From: Chiloscyllium plagiosum
Lineage: Eukaryota
Assembly: GCF_004010195.1 (NCBI RefSeq)
Contig: NC_057751.1
Coordinates: forward strand, 4,658,161 to 4,722,160
Reading direction: 5' to 3'
DNA length: 64,000 nt
Shown here: piece by piece, positions 11,431 to 23,260 of the stretch
Layout: each line of letters opens with the position of its first letter
Numbering within the stretch: the first letter of the stretch is position 1
Translations under genes and position numbers: made by a program
The notes under the pieces: generated by a model
Seen by the model: only the letters and a program-made list of their open reading frames with translations
Told to the model about the DNA's origin: nothing
The model's database searches: none

Positions 11431-12932
11431 TCTGGGTTTGCCTGGCTGACCTCATTCCAACCACTACAATCTGGACAGAGTGGATCACGAGAAACACATC
11501 CCTGCTCGTCAGTGGATTGAGAACAAAAGAGCACACAGTGTTAAAGTGTTCCGTGCAGAATCTGTGGGCTGAATGGCCTTGTCTGTCATGATTCAGTGAC
11601 TTCATTTACCATGGTTTCCTCATCATTCTGTACCAACCTCTGCAGACAGGAAATTATTTTCAATCGAGTTACTCAACCACCCAATGTGTTTCTCAATGAT
11701 GTTCAGCCAGGTTAAAGACTGTCCGAACTGAGTGTTCAACTCAAAAGCAATCAGTTCTGCAGTTCACAAAGAAGGGAGTCTTAAATGCACAGTGACCTCT
11801 GGTGGAGACAGGACCCACCTCTCAGAGTGGTGTTGGATTGGACTGTGCCACATTGTGAAAACTGAATGCATTCAAAGTTCCGGATGGCCCTCATTACAAA
11901 CAAAATATCAACGCAGGCCATTCAGCTTATTCATTTAGACACGTTATGTCTTCCCATTGATAGAACGCCATGATTTTTCAAACTAGTAACCTTCAAATCC
12001 ACATTAGTTTGTCTGAACATGTGCAACTTTTTTTAAACCTTAAATCCCACCAATCCTGATGAAGTAGCTAAGATCGAAGAGTCATGACTGATTCCTGCAT
12101 CATTGATAATTCCAGAAGGTGGTGTGGCTTCATTCGGCCTTTGTGGAAGCTCCCTCTAAAATAAATCACGGAGTGGCTGCGGGTTCAGAGGATGTTCGAG
12201 GCAGATTTCTCAAACTTGCTCCAGCACAGTGGTAACTCTGTCACATTGGGTTGGAGTGGGGGGAAGGGAATGGGATCAGGTCTGCCCACAACTCCAGTTT
12301 GGACAGCACCTTTGAGGGAGAGAAGGATCCCATTGCTCTTCACTGATGTCATGGGTCAAGCATGAAGAATGGTGGGTAGTTTGACATCAGCAATGATCCA
12401 CAAAGGGTAGGGGGTATTCTGCAGTGTATGTGGGTGTGGGGGCAGTGGGTCACTGGGAGACACATCGTGCATCTAGGTCTGGCTCATGAGAAGCTGGGCT
12501 CGGTGCAGTGGACAATGAAAACCTACTCACAGGGACTGCCTGATGATGCTCAGCCACATGGGAGCTCAGGGCAGAAAGGACACAAAGATAGATCCATCTC
12601 GGTGAAGGTAGCAGATGGTGAAAAGCTGTGCTGGAGTGCAGCTTTCAGAGACCAGGGGATTGAGGGCACAGGACTGAAGATTAAACGGAACCGAAACACT
12701 CACTGAGGCTGTGCAGAACAGAATGCTTTTAGGCAGTGAGTTTCCAGGACAGACTGACAGAAGTGAAGAATTGCTATCCCCTATGTTATTTAATGAGTTT
12801 TGATCAGTCTTGAATGCATTTGGATAGTGATGTCTAGAAATAAGTGGATTGTATATTATCTTAACAGTTTGAAATTATCAAGTTATCACCAGTGTCTGTG
12901 GCGCAGTTGATCAATAGCCACTGCTATTTTAA

Positions 12933-13145
12933 GGGTTCTTTTGTGGTGCAGTGGGAGTGTCCATATTGCTGGACTGGGAGGCCTGTGTTCAAGTCCCACC
13001 TGCTCCAAATGTGTGTAACAACATCCCTGAACAGGTTGATTCAACAAATAGGTCAAATTAAGAAGCGAGTGTCCCTACCTCTGAGCCAGGAAACCTGGGT
13101 TCAAGTCCCACCTGCTCCCAGAGTAGTGTAAGAACATCTCTGACC
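12933..13145 (+). mobile_element. Two adjacent short tRNA-derived SINE-like units
   Basis: TGGTGCAGTGG (A-box-like), GGTTCAAGTCCC (B-box-like), shared acctgctcc...aacatc(c/t)ctga; relatives at ~14690-14790 (+), ~31775-31870 (-), ~52905-52980 (-). Confidence 0.55.
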
Positions 13146-13884
13146 AAAGCTTATTAGAGAAATTGGCGAAGTAATAAAATTTAAATTTATTGCATAGGAT
13201 ACAACAGAAACTTGCCAAGTCGAGGTTATCGTTGCTCATTCCAAGCCACAGATCCCTGTGGCTGCTTTGTCTGATTCAGTTTCCTGGATATCACACTTCA
13301 CCCACATACAATATAAAGGTTAATGATCCAGAGCGAGATTGTAACCTAATCTGGTGATCTTGCCTCAGAATATAAATCTAATGGACTGGCCCAGGATTGT
13401 AACATAATCAACGACATCCTGTTGTCTGCGCCAAGAGCCTCTCTTCTGCCAAGAGTTATTTGTGGTGAATCCTCCACCACAGACTCTGGTACAGACCCTT
13501 ACACTAACAGAGAGTGGAGGACTGGTGTAAACCCTACACTCAAACCATCACATCATGTCAGAAAACACACCTTGAGTAAATACAACCATTTGGCACTTCA
13601 CACGGTCTGCTCCGGTGTTGGCGTTACCATGACAACTGTCTCTTCAGGGTTACCTCCATGCAGACGGGAGAGTGTGAGGATCACCAGGTGTCCAGGCTTT
13701 CCAGTTTACCCAACAGTGCAAGATGATTGACCGGAGAGATTCCAGTGATAGGCCAGCGTGGTGCTGATTGCAGTCAGCTCCCCAAACTGCTGGGCACAGT
13801 GACCTGTTGGTGGTAGTATTCAGGGAAAACCAGGTTCTCCTTGTTCCACAACAACACACAGGCCGTCATCGTCAAACCCAGAGA

Positions 13885-14032
13885 GGCAAGAGTGCAGTGC
13901 TGGAAAAGCACAGCAGGTCTGGCAGCATCCAAGAAGCAAGAAAATCCATGTTTCGGGCATAAGCCCTTCATCAGCTTTTGACTCTTGACTCCAATCTCCA
14001 GCATCTGCAGTACTCACTTTCGCCGAGTTGAT
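13885..14032. mobile_element. Inverted mini PLE pLTR insertion (family A)
   Basis: TSD TCAAACCCAGAGA (13872-13884, 14033-14045); the minus arm begins exactly at CUGAUGA (13974), and the plus arm is mostly the tail. Confidence 0.8.
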
Positions 14033-14264
14033 TCAAACCCAGAGAACCATTCCGTTAGATTTCTTACTCCAGGATCCCCAGCCCATCGTGTTCATCTGTC
14101 CTTCCATCAACGCGATACAAAAGGTCAGGATTGTCAGTTGGGTTTGTCGAATTGCGCATTGAAAGCTACATACATTGAAACACAAGACCCTGTTCTTTCC
14201 AGAAAGACAGAACATTGAGACACATTGTGCCTGTCTCAGCTTAACACAACTGGTGACAACCATT

Positions 14265-14365
14265 AAAATAAAGCAAGGAACTGCAGGAGCTGGAGAAATT
14301 CTGCAGCTCTGGCAGCATCAGAGGAAGGAGAAACAGAGTTAACGTTCCCAAATTTCGTCAGAACG
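14265..14365 (-). mobile_element. PLE pLTR family B fragment, degenerate hammerhead
   Basis: gctggagaaa...tctggcagcatc...aaacagagttaacgtt shared with 22845, 28610, 43780, 61690, 63740. Confidence 0.55.
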
Positions 14366-15049
14366 GGGTGACACCCAGTTGATGGTTCATTCCTCAGGGC
14401 AATACCTTGGCCAGTCAGAGTTGACATGCCTCGTTTGTCAATTTCAACTCAGCTCGGCAGTTAGCTGTTAGTCATTATTAACTGGTGCATTCTCCATGGC
14501 AACTCCTGCACCAATCACAGCCCACTTGCCAAACCAATCTGCCCTCTCCTCTCATGCAGCATGAATGTTGTTTTCCTTTCCATGGCTACCTCTTGTGAAA
14601 ATTTAAAATAAATACAAGAGGAACAGCTTCGATAAAGTGTGTTAGCAATACAGAAGAGTACTTCTCTACTCCCATCAGATCAGACCTCTGGCTCTTGTAG
14701 CACAGTGGTGGTACATCTGGAGTCTGAGATTCAAATCCCACATGCTGCAGTGGTGTGTCACAACATGTCTCAAGAGACTGATTAAAAATATCTGGAAGGA
14801 CTGCTTTCATTTTTAAACCTTGAATCAATGTTTTGCAGCTGGTCTCAGCAGGTCCTCATCAGTTGAGAAATGAGGAAACACACCTTCACACAAAGGGTGT
14901 GTCAAGCACTTTCTCACCATAAGATCTACCATGAACAGTAAGTCAGAGATCGGGACATTCTCATTTCCCAAGAATACTGAGGGATATGACGCCAAAACAC
15001 AGACATGGAAGCAGCAAATCAATCAGCTATGAATTTACTGAATGACAGA

Positions 15050-15532
15050 ATAAGGGTTTGAGCTATTGGGAGAGGCTCAACAGGCTGGGGCTGTTTTTCC
15101 TGGAGCATTGGAGGCTGAGGGGTGACCTTATAGAGGTTTATAAAATCATGAGGGGCATGGATAGGGTAAATAGACAAAGTCCTTTCCCCAGGGTTGTGGA
15201 GTCCAGAACTAGAGGGCATAGGTTTAGGGTTTAGGAAAGATATAAAAGGGACCTAAGGGGCAACTTTTTCATGCAGAGGGTGGTGTGTGGATGGAATGAG
15301 CTGCCAGAGGAATTGGTGGAGGCTGGTACAATTGCAGCATTTAAAAGGCATCTGGATGGGTATATGAATAGGAAGGGTTTGGGGGGATATGGGCCAGGTG
15401 CTAGCAAATGGGACGAGATTAATTGAGGATATCTGGTCGGCATGGACGGGTTGGATCAAAGGGTCTGTTCTGGTCGGCATGGACGGGTTGGATCAAAGGG
15501 TCTGTTTCTGTGCTGTACATCTCTATGACTCT
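15050..15532 (+). mobile_element. HER1/CR1 LINE 3' end
   Basis: gagaggctcaacaggctggggctgttttcc...ggtgaccttatagaggtttataaaatcatg; ends ctctatgactct; internal 37-bp tandem duplication. Confidence 0.9.
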
Positions 15533-16688
15533 AGGCTTGAGGTAGTAAATATCTCCCAGACTACTGCTTCACCTGTGTCATATTTCAAGAACTTTGACAT
15601 ACCAATACACATGTACATATATGTCCATACAAAATACGTACACACTTGCCTGAATGAAGACCTACAGATCCATCCAGTGAGGTTCAGCGATAACAGAGAG
15701 AAAGAGAGACAGGTGATGCGTGCACAAATATACATGTGTCTGTATCTATTGAGCTAGACGTTTCCACCCTGTTGCAGTGCAAGATATGGATGTATCTAAG
15801 ATGAACTGGACAGGTCTAATGATCCATGCACATGGCTGTAGTTTAGTCAATGATATTGTAAACAGTGACAGGAGAGATTGACAACACCAGTTGACAGAGA
15901 TGAAGCATAAACGTTGTGCCGGATTCATTTCAATGTATTTAATTTTTATCTTCACGCATGCATTTAAAATTATAGCCTTAGCCTCCAAATGGAGAATCAA
16001 GTACTTTGAAGGCAAAATCTAAATTCTTTTCAAGCTTCAAAATGGAAGGCGAGAAAGGCTACAACCAAGTCCTGAGCAAACATCAATCTCCAGAAACTAG
16101 AACTTTCACCATCTCATGGTTCCACAGCTCAGAGCAGTGAGTAGGTTTGCTCTGAACTCTTGAGTGAATCAGGCTGAGTTGTCACAGCTTTGTCCAGTAG
16201 CTGGAAGCAGTGTTGGAAGTTCTCCACCTTTGGTTGATGCATGTATCGTAAGGACAAGGAATGCAAGTCGGCCTGTCGAGTGTACCCCGCCATTCCATAA
16301 GATCATGGGCAATCTGGTTTTAACCTCAACTTGACATTCGTGTGAAACCCTCAATAATCTTTCATCCTCCTTGATAATCAAGAATCTATCTACTTCTGTC
16401 TTCAAATTATTTACAGATTTTGCATCCACTGTCTTTTGAGGAAGGGAATTCCAAAGACTCACAATCTTCTGAGAGAAAGAAAGGCTTCCTCATCTCTACA
16501 TTAAATTGACAACACCTGACTTAGAAACTATGACCCCAAGTTCTCGATTCTCCCACATGTGGAAATGTCCTTTCCAAATCCACCCAGTCTAACACCCCTC
16601 AACATCTTACATGCTTAATTTCATAAAGTTACCTCTGACTGTTCTAACCTCCAGAGGATACACATCCTGCCTGGCTAACCTTGTTCCC

Positions 16689-17017
16689 TTCGAGGAGAAA
16701 GTGAGGTCTGCAGATGCTGGAGATCAAAGTTGAAACTTTATTGCTGGAACAGCACAGCAGGTCACCGCCTTCCTGACCTGCAGTCTTCTTCTTGACCTCT
16801 CCGCCTCCATCCTACTCCGACCTATCACCCTCACCTTGACCTCTTTCCACCTATCACATTTCCAACGCCCCTCCTCCAAGTCCCTCCTCCCTACCTTTTA
16901 TCTTCTCCTGCTGAACACTCTCTGCTCATTCCTGAAGAAGGGCCTGTGCCCGAAACGTCGAATCTCCTGTTCCCTGGATGCTGCCTGACCTGCTGTGCTG
17001 TTCCAGCAATAAAGTTT
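16689..17017 (+). mobile_element. PLE 3' end with inverted tailed pLTR (family A variant)
   Basis: TSD TAACCTTGTTCCC (16676-16688, 17018-17030); inverted arm ~16692-16764; pyrimidine-rich 3' UTR; intact hammerhead. Confidence 0.85.
16928..16963 (+). ncRNA. Intact minimal hammerhead ribozyme
   Basis: AUUC-CUGAAGA-A-GGGC(CUGU)GCCC-GAAA-CGUC/GAAU: perfect stems I and II, palindromic ACGU stem III, predicted cleavage after 16959. Confidence 0.8.
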
Positions 17018-17494
17018 TAACCTTGTTCCCCTCTGGCAACCCACTTATTCCAAAGGAAATTCTCAACAAAATCTCCCCAACCCTCAGGCAGGGTTCCCAC
17101 ATGAGTGGAAACTCCCGATGACATTGCACAGTTAATCAGTTTCCATTTGCCAGGAGGTTCAGGACAGTGCCATCAGTTCCTTGTGTGTAGCATGTTCCCA
17201 GTTTGCCAGCTTTGCTCAGCTTTGACTGTGAATTGTTTATTTTCTGTTTGAGATGAAGTCACACCTTCTGTCGAGTGAATGTTCAGTTCTTGCACAATCT
17301 GATGCCTCAATTTGTGTTACTATTTCAGTGCAAGCTGACTGCTGCCTGTCTCTAGGTTTCCTCATCTCCCACAGGATGGTTGGAGGTAGATCTTTGTTAG
17401 ACAGTCAAGCTCAGTGCTGCCCGGATTTCCTCCTTCCCACATTGGAGGACCTGCGCTGTTGCAGGAAATGTCACCTCCTGGTTGGAAACAGGGG

Positions 17495-17840
17495 AGCTGG
17501 TGGCCTTAGTGGTATTATCTGAAGATTATTAATCCAGAAACTAACCCCACCCCCACCGCCACCGTAATGATCGGGGGACCTGGGTTTGGTGGCAGATGGT
17601 CGAATTTGAATTCAATGAAAATCTGGAATTCATAGTTTAATGGTGACCGCAAATCCATTGTGGATTGCTGTAAAAACCCATTTAGTTCACTCATGCCTTG
17701 AGGTACGAAAATCCACCATCCTTACCTGGTCTGGCGTACATGTGACCCCAGATGACACAGCAATGTGGTCGACACTTAACTGACCCCTGGACAAGGGGGG
17801 ATAGCTGGTGACACCCATGTCCGATGAATGAACTAAACAA
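17495..17840 (+). mobile_element. tRNA-derived SINE (second family, name uncertain)
   Basis: TGGCCTTAGTGG head; core ccatccttacctggtctggc-tacatgtgac...cacagcaatgtggt shared with 22320(-), 28035(+), 42530(-), 49370(-). Confidence 0.65.
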
Positions 17841-19149
17841 AAATGTTGGGTTTTCATAAGGCCTCCACTTGTTCTAGCCAACAGAGGGGCACATTGAGGA
17901 ACGTGGAGAGATACCAAAGGAGCACCGAAGAGTCAGCAAGGAGCCAAAGCAAGTAGTACAGCAATCAACAGCAAGGCCCTCTCTCTCTCTCTCTCGCCTC
18001 CCACAGTGGCCTGTCCTTTCTAACACATGTCCTGATCAGGATGGTGCCTTCTCAAACAATACCAGCAAGAAGGAAGCCAGTCTCTGAAGCCCATTCACAG
18101 TCAGCCTTTGAACTGACACTCAGACACTACAGACTCACACAGGGGTGAAAAAAAGCACATGACTCCCTTGTTTGCTCTGTCTTAAAACAAGTTATGAACG
18201 CTACGAAGTGCTACCATTCACACAGAAAAGAAAATGAGTTCAAATCAAAATACAAAGTACAAATAACAGGGAGAGGAGTGTAAATTCATAAAGAAGGCGA
18301 TTCTTTGAGGCGGTCTCTCAGCCTGCTGAGAACAAAGCTGGTTTTTCCTGTAAAATTAGTCCTTCTTTTCTCAGCCCCATGGTGTATGATCTAAAAACAC
18401 AACTCATTCCAGAGTTGTCAGGAGCCCAAGATATCCTAGTACAGTCTTCTTCAGAGAACATCTTGCTTGGAAACACAGTGTGTTTGACAGAATTGCAGAG
18501 AAACAACTGCATAATTCCAGTGTGGCGTGACAGCAGTGCTGCTCCCAGGCTGAACCAGAAATGTGAACAAGACAGCCCTGGAGAGCTTGTTTCAACAGTG
18601 ACCTCTGTACAACCGTCTTTCTAAATGGATCTATCTTCTGAAGCCATCCATGAACCACAATTGAAGCCTTCAAAGAGAAGCATCTTTGGGACATTCTTCA
18701 CTCCCCCACCAACCATGGTCTGGGAGCATTCTTGGAATCCTCAACACATATTTCTTCAAAAAATGACTTCCTTGCAAAATCCCCTGAAAACACAGGCTCC
18801 TGGAGAATAAAGAGCCCACAAAAGGCACAGAGGAAAATATAAGTGTGGTGGGGAAATTTCTTTTAGCTCCTTCAAAAATCAAAAGGGGAAACCCTTCTAT
18901 ACTTTTGAGTGTGAGTTGACTCTTGAAATTTTGGGATAGTTTGTTTGTAACAATAAAAATATCGTTTGTAACGATAAAACTGGAAAATGCACTGCGTGGT
19001 CCTCTCAGTCAGACACTGGACATTAAAACGGATCTAGGAACTCAAGACAGGGCATCATAAGGCGTTTTGGGCCATCAGCAACAGCAGAATTATATTCCAA
19101 CACAACATGCAACCTCACGGCCTGGTGTCTGTTCACTCAACCATGACCA

Positions 19150-19640
19150 TCAAGCCAGGCGATCAACCCTGTCATGGTCAGCCTCCCACCTACCATGTTC
19201 CATCCTCCATCAACCTGAGCTCACCCAGGCTTTTGTCACCTGGTCCTTTCTCACGTAAAGTCCCTGACACCGTCAGCTCTATCCTGGCTTACTCTGGATT
19301 GGCTCCCAGGCCCCAGCAAGGTCTCACCTTCAAATTGCTCATCCTTGTTTTTCAAACTCCTCCCTGCTTCCTCTGACTGTGACCTCCTCCAGCCCTGGAA
19401 CCATCCAAGAACTCTGAGCTATTCCTCATTCTGGCCTCTTGACCATCCCTTTGTTCTGTCCCTGCAGCTATCTCGGTACCAAGCTCTGGAACCTTCGCTG
19501 CCCTCTTTAGTGATGCTCGTTAAAATGTACTATCTTTGACAATTGATTCTCATACCCCCTTCCAGAGCTCTCTGTTAAATGTGGAAAGCTCCTGTGGAAC
19601 GTTTTACGACATTAAAGGCACCACCCAGATGCAAGATGCT
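19150..19640 (+). mobile_element. Old L2-like LINE 3' remnant
   Basis: Degenerate L..L.WL...Q.L.FKLLILVFQ, an L2/CR1-clade C-terminal motif. Confidence 0.45.
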
Positions 19641-20099
19641 CTCCCTGGCAATTTTAATTCTCCTCTCATCGTACTGGATTACAAAGAGGCAGCTTTTGTG
19701 CAGAGTAACATCTCAGCCATAAATCCCATTCCATCATCTTGGCTTCCTCAAATTTGGAAGAGGCCATGTACCTTCACGTCAAGTCTGAATTAAATCTGAT
19801 CAATTTGTGATTGCAAATGTCAATGCAACTAAACTGCACCTTGCTAGTTTGCATCTTGTCGATGAATAGTTGTGTAGCATGTGTCCCAACTGTAGGAGGA
19901 GATTCCACTTGTAACACAGTCAAATGGCAAGGAAATATCCCCACCAATGATGCGAGAGCATCAGAAAGATTATCCGAGGAGTTTCCCAAAGTCAGGCTAC
20001 AAAAACCCCCAAACTATTTGGAGGTCAATGATGAGCAGTGAATATCAAGCAGGAATTCTCATGCTGACAGTGAGAAGGTCCAATGATCGAGGCTCTTAA

Positions 20100-20600
20100 A
20101 CTCATAGAGATGTACAGCACAGAAACAAACTCTTCGGTCCAACTCATCCATGCTGACCAGATATCCTAAATTAATCTAGCCCCATTTGCCAACACTTGGC
20201 CCGTATCCCTGTAAACCCCTTCCTATTCATATACTCATCCAGATGCCTTTTAAATGTTGTCTTTGTACCAGCCTTCACCACTACCTCTGGCAGCTCATTC
20301 CAAACACTCACCACTCTGTGTGAAAAAATTACCTCTCAGCTCCCTTCCTATATCTTTCCCCTCTCACCTTAAATCGACGCTCTCTAGTTTTGGACTCACC
20401 CACTCCAGGGAAAAGACTGTGTGTATTCACTCTGTCGAGGTCACTCACGATTTTGTAAACCTCTATAAGGTCACCCTTCAGTCTCCGACGCTCCAAGGAA
20501 AACAGCCCCAGCCTGATCAGCCTCTCCTGATAGCTCAAATCCCCCAGCCCTGGCAACACCCCTGTAAATCTTTTCTGAACCCTCTCAAGTTCCACAATAT
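20100..20600 (-). mobile_element. HER1/CR1 LINE 3' end
   Basis: Minus ORF ELERVQKRFTGVLPGLGDLSYQERLIRLGLFSLERRRLKGDLIEVYKI. Confidence 0.9.
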
Positions 20601-22607
20601 TTGTCCCACCTCACATTATCACTGACATTTCATGTCCATGAATAGCACAGGATTGGAGGGATATGGGTCAGGAGCAGGCAGATGGGACTAGTTTAGTTTG
20701 GGATTCCGGTCGGTATTCACTGATGGGACCGAAGGGTCTGTTTCCGTGTCATATGACCCTATGACTTTGACCTCAACACAACTTCTGTCACAGAAGATCT
20801 TCCCCTCCACGCTGCTGTTGTTGCACGACAGGTGCCTCCTCACACCCCATCTCACCTCACCCCCTCACCACATCCTTCTCCTCCTCTCTCATTCAGGTCC
20901 ACAACACTGGCCCCAACTAGTTTGTGTGATGGTCACTTCCACCTTCTCCCCGCTGTTTCAGAAAAGAACTTTCTTCTGAATTCTCTGCTGCTTCTCTACT
21001 AACTAAAGCACTCTCATGAACCCAAGTTACCCATAAGCGCGATGGTCTTCTATCCTCGATCAATCTGAAGGCATTCTGTTAGGTCACCCACTCAATGTTC
21101 TCACTGCTGGTCCAAGGCCTCCAATTTCCCGTTGCTGAATTCCTTTACCCCTGCTGTGTCTGGCCCTCTTGTTTCCATGGATTTTGCCCCATGTTTGTAT
21201 TGCTCCTCCAATTCCAGTGATTCCCAACAGGACTGACTCAGAGGACCCACCCTGTTTTGTTAGCTGGTGGCAGACAGAGAGGCAAGACCCATTGTAATTT
21301 TTCCACTGCAAGAGATGGGGCTTTGGAAAGTCATAGTGAGGCTGGTGGGGGATCTCAATTAAGCTCAAACCACAATCACCCTTCTGCTTTATATTTTCAC
21401 TTATTGGGAACAGGCATGTTTTTTAAACTGTTTCAGATTTTGTCACTGCATAAGCCAACAGCAATGAATTCATATCACAGCAAAGATCATTCCAATATCC
21501 TGTCAATCTGGATGATTGACTTTGACATCTATTTGTTCAGACAGCAAAGAAAACATCAATGTTTCTATCTGTGTGGAGCAGAATCATGCTGTCCCCTTGA
21601 TAATTGAGTCACCTTGTTGTCAGGTCATTGTGTGAACTCTGAACTCACTCGTATTTCACTCCAAAGAAAATGGATGACCACCAACCATTCACATGCTGGC
21701 AATCCCCCTCGCAATGATGGCCCCCATAATGTAGAGAGCAGCTGAATTTTACCGAACAATACATAAAGGATGAATTGGAAGGATTTGGAGGGATACGGGC
21801 CAAATGCTGGCAAGAGGGACTAGATTAATTTAGAAAATCAGGTCATCATGGACAAATTGGACCAAAGGGTCTGCTTCCATGCTGTACATCTCTATGACTC
21901 TAACTTAGCGACCAGTCCATTTCACAAGGCCATGGAGAGTAAGGAACCACACGCAAGTCTCTCCCTTGCAAAAAGAACACCCGCAGACGACCCAGCCAGA
22001 TTCCAAATGGTTACACGAACTTTGCTTTCACTGCATGAGGATGAAGAGTCTCAGTGTGAAGAGGAATTCCCCTGCAATCTGGCTTCAGGTGACCTTTCGC
22101 ATCAAACCCATAACCCTTGGTCATCCTCTTGCAGCTCAATTTGATGCCATTGTCCCAGATATACCTTTTGTCCCTCTATCACTTCTGTTGTCCTGAAGGA
22201 GGAGGAGCCCAGGTTCCTGTAGTCATACCTTCCCCTGGTTATCAACTCATCATCACTCATCAGCATTTCACTCTTCCTGTTCTCTAGTCTTTCATGGGCT
22301 GGGCTCATCCCTACTTGCCTCTGAAGCTAGTGGCTTGGCCAGGGCCATTTCAGAGGGCAGTTGAGAGTCAATCACATTGTCGTTGCTCAGGAATCACCCC
22401 TGAGTCAGACTGAGTAAGGAGGGTGGTTTCCTTTCATAGAACATTGCAGCGCAGTACAAAGCCTTTGGCCCTCAAATGTTGCCTGTCCTTTCCTGAAGGA
22501 CATGAGAGGGTTTCTGCAACATTTGATGGTCAGTTACATTTTCCCAGCTGTCATGGTGGGAATACAACCCAAAGCACTATTCCTGTGACATGACCACTAC
22601 ATTTCAA

Positions 22608-22824
22608 AGTTGAAAAATGTGGTGCTGGAAAAACACAGCTGGCCAGGCAGCATCCAAGGAGCAGGAGAATCAACATTTCGGGCATAAGCCATTCTTCAGG
22701 AATGAGGCTGGTGTGCCACGGAGAGGTCGGGAAGAAGATTGCAGGTCAAGAGGGCGGTGCTGAATCCGAGGGTTGGGACTGAGATAAGGTGGGGGGAGGG
22801 GAAATGAGGAAGCTGGAGAAATCT
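22608..22824 (-). mobile_element. PLE 3' fragment (family A), degenerate hammerhead
   Basis: Matches 8783-8891 and the reverse complement of ~10370-10440; core reads GAAAUGUU. Confidence 0.75.
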
Positions 22825-22844
22825 CTGTAAGTAGTATTAAATTC

Positions 22845-23260
22845 AAAACAGAGAGCACTGGAGAAACTCAGCAGGTCTGGCAGCATCCGTGGACAGACAG
22901 AGAGGAACAGAGTTAATGTTCTCAGTCGAGTGTGACTCTTCTTCAGCGTTGAAGAGAGGTGGAAAAGTGATGTGTTTTGAAAAAAACTGGGGAGGATCAT
23001 GCAGAACGAGAAGGAAGGTCATTGTTAATTTAGAAGGTTGGAAGGATAATGGGGTTGTAGAACAAAAGCTGAAGAAGGGCTTATGCCCGAAACGTCGATT
23101 CTCCTTCGCCTTTGATGCTGCCTGAGCTGCTGCGCTTTTCCAGCAACACATTTTTAAGCTCTGATCTCCAGCATCTGCAGTCCTCACTTTCTCCTAGTAG
23201 AACAAAAGGCAAAGCAAGTGGTGCCAGGTGGAATGAAGGAACAAAGCATTGATCCAGAGG
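22845..23260 (-). mobile_element. PLE family B pLTR/3' UTR, host of a mini family A insertion
   Basis: gcactggagaaactcagcaggtctggcagcatc...gactcttcttcag; minus strand CUGAAGAAGAGUC. Confidence 0.55.
23069..23196 (+). mobile_element. 128-bp mini PLE pLTR beginning exactly at the hammerhead CUGA
   Basis: TSD GTAGAACAAAAG (23057-23068, 23197-23208); first bases CTGAAGAAGGGCTTATGCCCGAAACGTC. Confidence 0.9.

Larger units (their letters stand above)
16250..17060 (-). mobile_element. Old CR1 3' fragment interrupted by a PLE
   Basis: Minus ORF SLWNSLPQKTVDAKSVNNLKTEVDRFL. Confidence 0.7.

Noticed and set aside
12052..12095. CTGATGAAG...GAAGAGTC as a hammerhead
   Set aside because: Stem II does not pair and GAAA is absent; at most a decayed relic.
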